25,340 nt of DNA from a virus (Duplodnaviria; Caudoviricetes), in IMG/VR virus record IMGVR_UViG_3300021791_000009, positions 1-25,340 of that record, one strand, 5' to 3'. The translations under genes and the position numbers were made by a program. Below, in pieces: positions 8,328 to 14,182 of the stretch. The notes below the pieces were generated by a model. That model searched no databases. It worked only from the letters and a program-made list of their open reading frames with translations, and was not told the origin of the DNA. How positions within the stretch are numbered: the stretch's first letter is position 1; every line of letters starts with the position of its first letter.

Positions 8328-8726
8328 CTACTCTCGTTCAGTCCTATCGGGGTGCGTGAGGCGTGCCAGAAGCTCGTCTCTTACATCCTCGAAGGCTTTG
8401 TTGAGCGTATGTTGCGGACTGGTAATGCCATCGGCAATGCCGCTGGCCTCGTCCTTCTCGGCAGGGGGGTTGTCGTCTTCAACGAGAGCAGGATTCCAGA
8501 ATTTCATCCTGATAATCCCAAGTTTCTTGCGGGTCCGCACGGTAACCTTCAACCCGTTGCGGGCGGCGTAGTTCCACGCCGCGCCGATCAAGGATTGCGT
8601 GGTGCAGTCAAAGTCCTTGTCTTTGACTACTTCCCAGATGTTCCCATCTGACCATACTTCCCACGGGTACTTGGTGTTCCCGTGTGACGATCCTCCCTTG
8701 AAGAAGGACTTCACCTTGCACGCCAT
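8328..8726 (-). CDS. Hypothetical protein, paralogue of 8806-9108
   Basis: KYPWEVWSDGNIWEVVKDKDFDC; ATG after AAAGGAG. Confidence 0.7.
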   Translation of the reverse strand: MACKVKSFFKGGSSHGNTKYPWEVWSDGNIWEVVKDKDFDCTTQSLIGAAWNYAARNGLKVTVRTRKKLGIIRMKFWNPALVEDDNPPAEKDEASGIADGITSPQHTLNKAFEDVRDELLARLTHPDRTERE

Positions 8727-8765
8727 ACTTTTCTCCTTTCGTGTTAGAACAAGTAATTGGCGATT

Positions 8766-8796
8766 GGACGGGGTGGCCTGTCGGCACACCCCGCCC
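8766..8796 (-). other. 31-nt GACA-capped intergenic hairpin (copy 2)
   Basis: GGGCGGGGTG.GCC-GACA-GGC-CACCCCGTCC. Confidence 0.5.
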
Positions 8797-8805
8797 CTAG
8801 ACTCC

Positions 8806-9108
8806 TTAGAACGGTGGAGTGTTGCCAGCGTCAGTGGACGTGTCCTCAAGACTCTCGTCTTCGGTCAAGTCCCTGTCGCTGAAGCGAAACCTGATGCTTT
8901 CTGTCTCTGGTAACGTCATAGAGACAACCTTCTTTCCGAAGCTCTTGGCGATGGAATACAGGCCGTTACGGAAGCTGTTGAGCGAGCAGTCGAAATCGTC
9001 TCCTCGCTCCACCTCGTACGTCTGTCCATCGGTCCATTCGTCCCACGGGTATTGGTGGGAGCGGCCCCTGTTGGTTACCAGAAGTTCAGAATCAATCACC
9101 TTCGCCAT
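8806..9108 (-). CDS. Hypothetical protein, paralogue of 8328-8726
   Basis: QYPWDEWTDGQTYEVERGDDFDC; RBS AAAGGAG. Confidence 0.75.
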   Translation of the reverse strand: MAKVIDSELLVTNRGRSHQYPWDEWTDGQTYEVERGDDFDCSLNSFRNGLYSIAKSFGKKVVSMTLPETESIRFRFSDRDLTEDESLEDTSTDAGNTPPF

Positions 9109-9289
9109 TTCTTCTCTCCTTTCTCAAACGCAGTAACTCGGTCACATCGGACTCGTAAATAGTTACCGCTTCCAGTTCAGTGAGTCCTAGGGACAAGTAC
9201 CTGTCCTTGTACCCGTCCCAGTTCCAACCACGGAAGAGCATGAACTCCTCGTGGTTACTCAGGGCATCGATTCCTTCAATGCCTTTCAC
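9092..9289 (-). CDS. Hypothetical protein
   Basis: RBS AAGGAG upstream, overlaps the next gene. Confidence 0.55.
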   Translation of the reverse strand: MKGIEGIDALSNHEEFMLFRGWNWDGYKDRYLSLGLTELEAVTIYESDVTELLRLRKERRNGEGD

Positions 9290-9302
9290 AACCTACTCCT
9301 TT

Positions 9303-9395
9303 CTAAGAGTGAAGGGCCTTGCCGCTGATGTAGCCAACTACAACGGCTAGTAAAACAAGGCCCACGATTACAAACCCAGCTTCCTGAGTAAGCAT
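9303..9395 (-). CDS. 30-aa single-pass membrane peptide
   Basis: MLTQEAGFVIVGLVLLAVVVGYISGKALHS after GGAGAGAAAGGA; first ORF downstream of the ribozyme at 9428-9499. Confidence 0.55.
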   Translation of the reverse strand: MLTQEAGFVIVGLVLLAVVVGYISGKALHS

Positions 9396-9427
9396 TCCTT
9401 TCTCTCCTGATGGTAGTTGATGTGAAT

Positions 9428-9499
9428 GGAGCATTGGTCGACTTACGCCTCTCGGCTGCGAGTGCCAGCATCGCCACGTGGCGGCTGCTCCGTGATGCC
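9428..9499 (-). ncRNA. HDV-like self-cleaving ribozyme (Rz8)
   Basis: P1 GGCATC/GATGCT, P2 GGAGCA/TGCTCC, P3 GCC/GGC, L3 GCCACGT, P1.1 GG, P4 with GCC-GAGA-GGC, J4/2 CCAA. Confidence 0.8.
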
Positions 9500-9526
9500 T
9501 GCCCCCTTGCGGGGGCGTGAAGTTAG

Positions 9527-10612
9527 TTACGCAGCCATGGCGATCTTCCGCCATTCGCTGGGAGTCGAGTCGACCAGCCGACCACCGAACTGTTCAAGCT
9601 CAGTGGCTCTGTCGTAAGACTCCCGATTCTCAGCAGCACGGGTGATGGCGTTTGCCATACCCCACTGGCTGAGGTCGCCGCCAGCAATCAGGTTGGACAT
9701 CACGTCGTCGGTTTCGTCCTCGGACAATCCGAAGCGACGTTGCACAACCTCAATCGCCTTCTGGGGTTTCCCCTCAATGCGACGGTCGGTAGTCTCACGA
9801 AGCTGGTCGAGCCTCTCCTCCCAGCTACTCTGGTCAAAGATAGCGTCGACTGCGTCCCTGATTTTTGCCCAGAAGGCTGCGTCATCGAGCTTCCGGGTGG
9901 AATCCTTGTAGAACTCCTGAGCAGCATCGACCGCGCCGATGCCCGTACTACGTCCAAGGTGGGTCTTGCGAACCGATGTTGCCTGAACCATCCCGTTCGT
10001 GCAGACGAGCCGATAAAGAAACTCGTCAATCCTCAGGGATCCCTGTCCGACCTCACTGTTGGACACAACAATCCCGCCCTGAACCGTGTCGCCAACGGTG
10101 ACATCGCCAACCAACCTCGGGCTTGTGGCCTTGAGGTAGAGGCGTGACTCCGTTAGCTCGCACGACTTCATTTCGAGATCGCTGTCTTGGAACGCTGGCA
10201 TTATCGCGCCAAGCAGTTCGTAGTTGTCCAGAGGACGGTAGCGATCAGAGAGGAACGCACGAACCGTGTTGGTTCTGGCGTCGGTTCGGACAAGACGCTT
10301 CTTCCCGCCATCATCATTCCACCAGTGGTTGATGTTGGTGGCGAGAAGACTCGGGCACTCGGCCCGCATCCTGTCGTAGTACGCCTTTGGAATCTTCGCA
10401 GCGGCAGCGATCTGCCCGTGGGCGAGATCAGTTGCCCAGTGGGGCGGCAGGTCATCCGAGATGTCGAATAACACGCCACCTTGATGCACAGGAAATGGTT
10501 CCCGTGCGGCGTCGGCTTCCATTGCTCTGGTGTTGACCACAAAGTCCTTCCCGTTGTCCCGCAACGCTTGGACCTCTTGGGCAATCTCAGGCATATTACG
10601 TCCCAACTTCAT
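9527..10612 (-). CDS. DUF932-domain phage protein
   Basis: FLSDRYRPLDN, SNSEVGQGS and RLVCTNGM motifs. Confidence 0.8.
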   Translation of the reverse strand: MKLGRNMPEIAQEVQALRDNGKDFVVNTRAMEADAAREPFPVHQGGVLFDISDDLPPHWATDLAHGQIAAAAKIPKAYYDRMRAECPSLLATNINHWWNDDGGKKRLVRTDARTNTVRAFLSDRYRPLDNYELLGAIMPAFQDSDLEMKSCELTESRLYLKATSPRLVGDVTVGDTVQGGIVVSNSEVGQGSLRIDEFLYRLVCTNGMVQATSVRKTHLGRSTGIGAVDAAQEFYKDSTRKLDDAAFWAKIRDAVDAIFDQSSWEERLDQLRETTDRRIEGKPQKAIEVVQRRFGLSEDETDDVMSNLIAGGDLSQWGMANAITRAAENRESYDRATELEQFGGRLVDSTPSEWRKIAMAA

Positions 10613-10680
10613 AAGTCTCTCCTTTCGAGAGTGGTGAGGGGGATAACCTGCCCCCTCTACAGGTGCCAGCTATTACTGGC

Positions 10681-10759
10681 TGAGAGCCTCAGCTTAGGCC
10701 GTCATGGTTGTCACTCGGGCCGCACAACACCACCACTTGACGGTGGCTCTCATGGTGTC
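10681..10759 (-). ncRNA. HDV-like ribozyme, CPEB3-like 1-bp P1.1 type (Rz7)
   Basis: P1 GACACC/GGTGTT, P2 TGAGAGCC/GGCTCTCA, P3 ACC/GGT, L3 GTCAAGT, GT, J4/2 CTGA. Confidence 0.75.
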
Positions 10760-10760
10760 T

Positions 10761-11089
10761 GACGAGTGGGCGGTAAACGACGCCCGACCTGTAGATAACC
10801 CACAGACATCGGCGGTTCCACCGCCTGCTGCTGCTAGCAGGGCCTCTACTGAGAACGGAAGACCGCATGACCCTCGAGGGACGTGAAGGGACCTGTCGCA
10901 GTAGTAATGCGGTAGCTGGAGCAGTGAGTAAGAGCGTGTGTCATCCGTGGTCACCTAGGCTCACACGGCGAGGGAAACGTCTACTGCACTACCAGCCCTA
11001 TCCGATTCTAAAGGAGGGAGGTATGTCTCGTTTCGGAGTCAATATAGTCTCATGGTTCTCAATCGGGCGGCGATTACCGCCCACTCATC
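10761..11089 (-). ncRNA. Candidate ~330-nt structured ncRNA closed by a long terminal stem
   Basis: GATGAGTGGGCGGTAA (11089-11074) pairs with TTACCGCCCACTCGTC (10776-10761); many nested stems; ends 1 nt before the Rz7 cleavage site. Confidence 0.6.
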
Positions 11090-11106
11090 CTTTTGTTTAT
11101 AAGGGC

Positions 11107-11224
11107 AGAGAGGAGAGTGCAGCGAGGCTTCACCCTCGGCCCGTTCTCACTTCGAGAAGGTAGTGCGGCTCGTTTTCCGCACGATTTTCACCCTCGGTCA
11201 CGCACTCGCTGCACTCAATCTCTC
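11107..11224 (-). ncRNA. Candidate multibranch RNA with two CCGAGGGTGAA repeats
   Basis: 12-bp perfect stem 11115-11126/11205-11216 enclosing two hairpins and the 11-nt repeat at 11129-11139 and 11187-11197. Confidence 0.5.
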
Positions 11225-11272
11225 GTTCCTACACTATGTATCGACACACAGTGCAGGGGACTTTACTTGTTT

Positions 11273-11488
11273 CTACTCAGTTTCGACTTTTTCTTGGGTT
11301 GGCTCGAAGCCAAAGTAAAACCGTGGCATGTGTTGGAACTCAAGGGAGCCGATCACATTGTCGGCCTTCCTCGTGACCACGACGAATGGGGCAGCGAACT
11401 GCCGCACCTCGTAGTCCTCTTGGAGTTCCTTCGTATCCCACACACGGCCTGCCAATCCTTCTAGCTGTTCCCTGTTCAAGTCTTGCAT
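11273..11488 (-). CDS. Conserved small phage protein
   Basis: RBS AAAGGAG; 71 aa with WDTKELQEDYEV..FAAPFVVV.RK.D...GSLEFQH.PRFY. Confidence 0.75.
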   Translation of the reverse strand: MQDLNREQLEGLAGRVWDTKELQEDYEVRQFAAPFVVVTRKADNVIGSLEFQHMPRFYFGFEPTQEKVETE

Positions 11489-11521
11489 CTGAGTCTCTCC
11501 TTTGTGAAGGGAAGTGAAACA

Positions 11522-11574
11522 GGAGCATTGGTTGGTTATCCAGCACTGCCTCGTGGCGGCTGCTCCGTAGTGCC
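11522..11574 (-). ncRNA. Minimal (P4-less) HDV-like ribozyme (Rz6)
   Basis: 53 nt: P1 GGCACT/AGTGCT, P2 GGAGCA/TGCTCC, P3 GCC/GGC, L3 GCCACGA, GG, linker ATAACCAA, J4/2 CCAA. Confidence 0.8.
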
Positions 11575-11691
11575 TAAGGCGTGACCTGAGGGCTGGGTTT
11601 TCTGGCTGGCATTGAGCAACAGAGCTTTGCCGCCGTCAACTTGCTTCACCTCGTCCCACCAGTTCGTGATGGTAGGTCAAGCCTCATCTTG

Positions 11692-12018
11692 CTACTTGCC
11701 GTCAATCCGATTGATCTCGAAAGGCTTGCTACCCACCTTCGGGTAGACCAGCGTTCCGTCAACGTTACTGACCTGAGTGTCCTCGGACACAACCCACCAT
11801 ATCTGGGCCTCCTTGACCTTCAAGGCTCGCCCCCTGATCTTCTTGAGTTCGGCCTTAGCCTCCTCAACTGTGTCGCCAATACCGTAGTAGTTGGCGACCA
11901 TGATCAGGATCTTGGTGAAGTTGTGTCTCATGGGAATGCGGTCTTCCGCATCCACAGGCGCACCAACAGGGTCCGCTTCGTAACCCGTGTAGGGCTTTGA
12001 TCTCTTGATTGCGTCCAT
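11692..12018 (-). CDS. Hypothetical protein
   Basis: RBS GAGGAG, 108 aa. Confidence 0.7.
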   Translation of the reverse strand: MDAIKRSKPYTGYEADPVGAPVDAEDRIPMRHNFTKILIMVANYYGIGDTVEEAKAELKKIRGRALKVKEAQIWWVVSEDTQVSNVDGTLVYPKVGSKPFEINRIDGK

Positions 12019-12044
12019 AGCTTCTCTCCTCTTGAGAAAGTGAT

Positions 12045-12107
12045 GAGCATTCGTTCTCGGCTCACAGGCCGTCCAACACCGCCACGGGGAGGCTGCTCTT
12101 TGGTGTC
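12045..12107 (-). ncRNA. HDV-like ribozyme (Rz5)
   Basis: P1 GACACC/GGTGTT, P2 GAGCA/TGCTC, P3 GCC/GGC, L3 TCCCCGT, GG, P4 CGGC/GCCG, J4/2 CGAA; close to canonical HDV. Confidence 0.88.
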
Positions 12108-12150
12108 ATCCCTACCCCATGTATCGACACATGGGGCAGGTCACTTGAGA

Positions 12151-12477
12151 CTATTCTTCATCAAGTAATGGACATCCGTACTCGTCAACCACGGTGACCC
12201 CGCGATCCCTGAGTATCCGACAGGCTTGCTCGCTCGCCCTCGCAAAAGCACTCCTTGCCACACGCTGGGGAGTAGGCTCCCTCAGGAGTCGGTGGAGGTG
12301 CAGTGCTATCAGCGTTCCACAAGTCTTGTCGCAAAACTCAATGACCTTCAGGTCACCATCGCTGCCGCCCTCGTGCGTTAGCTTGTCGCTAAGCGAGGAC
12401 TTCCTTGGTTCGCCACACCAACTGGCGAAGCGAACAGGATCAGCAACGGTAATCCATCGTCTAATGATGTCAAACAT
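12151..12477 (-). CDS. Hypothetical protein
   Basis: ATG (MFDIIRRW) after GAGGAG; the longer ORF-track start runs through the ribozyme. Confidence 0.6.
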   Translation of the reverse strand: MFDIIRRWITVADPVRFASWCGEPRKSSLSDKLTHEGGSDGDLKVIEFCDKTCGTLIALHLHRLLREPTPQRVARSAFARASEQACRILRDRGVTVVDEYGCPLLDEE

Positions 12478-12505
12478 ATCTCTGTCTCCTCTTGGGGAAG
12501 TGATT

Positions 12506-12576
12506 GAGACGTTAGTCGGCTTACGCCTTGCGGCCGCGAGTGCCAGCACCACCACGTGGAGGTGTCTCTTGGTGCC
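12506..12576 (-). ncRNA. HDV-like ribozyme (Rz4)
   Basis: P1 GGCACC/GGTGCT, P2 GAGAC/GTCTC, P3 ACC/GGT, L3 TCCACGT, GG, P4 with GCC-GCAA-GGC, J4/2 CTAA. Confidence 0.88.
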
Positions 12577-12624
12577 TGAACAGGGGCAAACCTGATGGTA
12601 GTAAGGTCCGCCCCTGTCCGTTCT

Positions 12625-13002
12625 CTACTCCCTGTTCTCAAGTAGGTCGTCATACAATCCAGCCGATGCGTACGCATCGTAGATAGTGTCGAGTTGGGTC
12701 TTGAGTGTCTGACTTAGATTGGTTGTCATGCCGTATTTATGCCCGCTGGTGTCGTAGCAGGTCAATTCACCCTCAACCATTTCACAGGTGAGGCTTGCCG
12801 AAAATGTGTCGGACCCGATGAATGACCCACGAGCGAACTCTCTCGAAACGAGCAACCCGTCGTCAGAATGCTCAATCTCCCAATCTCTCCACGTCACGGT
12901 GTCGTTTGCCACCGGAACCAATGTGCATCCTTCTCGATAGCCACTGACGACTTCGAGATGGTTCTGCGCTTTGGTCTTGGCGTTACTCGGCAAGAATTTC
13001 AT
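12625..13002 (-). CDS. Hypothetical protein
   Basis: RBS GAGAGGA, 125 aa. Confidence 0.7.
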   Translation of the reverse strand: MKFLPSNAKTKAQNHLEVVSGYREGCTLVPVANDTVTWRDWEIEHSDDGLLVSREFARGSFIGSDTFSASLTCEMVEGELTCYDTSGHKYGMTTNLSQTLKTQLDTIYDAYASAGLYDDLLENRE

Positions 13003-13031
13003 GATGTGTCCTCTCGTAAGGGGAAGTGAAT

Positions 13032-13108
13032 GACTCGTCAGCTTAGGCCGTCGTAGCTGTCGCTCGGGCCGTACAGCAGCACCACCGTGAAGGTGAGTCG
13101 TCGCTGCC
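13032..13108 (-). ncRNA. HDV-like ribozyme, CPEB3-like type (Rz3)
   Basis: P1 GGCAGC/GCTGCT, P2 GACTC/GAGTC, P3 ACC/GGT, L3 TTCACGGT, GT, J4/2 CTGA. Confidence 0.75.
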
Positions 13109-13144
13109 TGAGGGGCTGATGGTAGTCAGCCCCTCTGTTCTTCT

Positions 13145-13402
13145 CTACTCGGGGAACTTGATATGACGTCCGATCCAATCGTCTATTGACGATGAGGATA
13201 TCTTCGCGAGAGCCTGATCGGCAGCCTGAAATAACGGGATTACGGCAAGGACCTCGGGGCCGCCCATCACCTCGACAACCGCGTTGTGCAGTTCCCGTTC
13301 AGTGATGATGCCCTTGTTGTATAGCCCCTGCTGTTTCTCCAGCACCTCAATGGCCCTGTCAAGTTGTTCAATCTTGATCACAGGCTGTTCTCGGTGGTTC
13401 AT
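13145..13402 (-). CDS. Hypothetical protein
   Basis: ATG (MNHREQP) after AAAAGGAG; 85 aa, helical. Confidence 0.65.
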   Translation of the reverse strand: MNHREQPVIKIEQLDRAIEVLEKQQGLYNKGIITERELHNAVVEVMGGPEVLAVIPLFQAADQALAKISSSSIDDWIGRHIKFPE

Positions 13403-13429
13403 GTCTAGTCTCCTTTTGGGGAAGTGAAT

Positions 13430-13510
13430 CGAACCGCTCAGCTTAGGCCGTCTTAGCTGTCGCTCAGGCCGTACAACAGCCACCACTTGAAGGCGGGTTC
13501 GCTGGCTGTC
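13430..13510 (-). ncRNA. HDV-like ribozyme, CPEB3-like type (Rz2)
   Basis: 7-bp P1 GACAGCC/GGCTGTT, P2 CGAACC/GGTTCG, P3 GCC/GGT, L3 TTCAAGT, GT, J4/2 CTGA. Confidence 0.78.
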
Positions 13511-13535
13511 TGTTGGGCGTCCCTGCCCACCAGTG

Positions 13536-13721
13536 CTAGGCACTGGCTCCTAGATTTGCTAGATGCTTGCAACAGGTGAAGCCCTGCCGGAACTTACGAA
13601 ACCGCTGCGAAAAGCACGAGCAGTCAAGCTGCCCGTTTGGCTTCCGCGTGATGTCGTAGTGCCTGTCACCTGACGATGACCGCACGGTTGCGATGACTTC
13701 ACGTTTCTTACGTTGCTTCAT
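13536..13721 (-). CDS. SWIM zinc-finger protein
   Basis: SSSGD.HY.I and CSC-x-CKHL SWIM motif. Confidence 0.75.
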   Translation of the reverse strand: MKQRKKREVIATVRSSSGDRHYDITRKPNGQLDCSCFSQRFRKFRQGFTCCKHLANLGASA

Positions 13722-13749
13722 AGCTCTCTCTCCGTGGGAAGTGTTAAGG

Positions 13750-13820
13750 AACCTGCCTCATCAGGCCGCAGGCGGTTAGTCCTGCGACAAGCCCCACTGA
13801 GGGGGCTTTCGGCTAGCTCG
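13750..13820 (-). ncRNA. Type II hammerhead ribozyme
   Basis: GCC-GAAA-GCCCC(CTCAGT)GGGGC-TT|GTCGCAGG(ACTAACCG)CCTGCGGC-CTGATGA-GGC. Complete catalytic core; predicted cut between 13789 and 13788. Confidence 0.85.
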
Positions 13821-14151
13821 CAATCGTCGTGGTTTGAGTTGTCTGACATACACTCTGAATATCGAAGGGCGGGTTGTTTTTCTTCTTGCGTCGTCGTCGC
13901 TTCTTGCTCTTGCTCACGACGGGCTTCGGCGGGGTGTCGTTCTTCTTCTTCGGAGCAGGCGGGGGGCTTGGCTTGCGGCCGTTCTTACTGGGCCGCGTTG
14001 TGCGGTGAGTCTTCACCACACGCTTCGCCTTCCGCTTTGCCGATCTAGATTTACGAGCACCCTTGTTGATCCCATCGAAAGCAGTATCAAGCAGCCAGAT
14101 TGCTACAAGAAGCAAAACAAGACCGATCTCGATAATGATTAGCGTTATCAT
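13813..14151 (-). CDS. N-terminally membrane-anchored, highly basic protein
   Basis: Hydrophobic N-terminal 22 aa, then a Lys/Arg/Pro-rich tail; first gene of the early operon. Confidence 0.6.
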   Translation of the reverse strand: MITLIIIEIGLVLLLVAIWLLDTAFDGINKGARKSRSAKRKAKRVVKTHRTTRPSKNGRKPSPPPAPKKKNDTPPKPVVSKSKKRRRRKKKNNPPFDIQSVCQTTQTTTIAS

Positions 14152-14182
14152 TTTCTCGTACCTCTCAGAAGTGTGAACTCGT

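Noticed and set aside
10840-10915. Twister ribozyme (CTACT...AGTAGAGG resemblance)
   Set aside because: I could not build the P1/L1 UAA and P4/L4 consensus; competing stems explain the region better.
10929-10936. Lambda boxA-like CGCTCTTA on the minus strand
   Set aside because: A single 8-mer with no boxB hairpin downstream; compatible with chance.
11023-11163. Plus-strand 46-aa ORF with a strong RBS (AAGGAGGGAGGT-ATG)
   Set aside because: It is antisense to the early operon, overlaps extensive minus-strand structure and has no recognisable protein features. It cannot be fully excluded as a small antisense gene.
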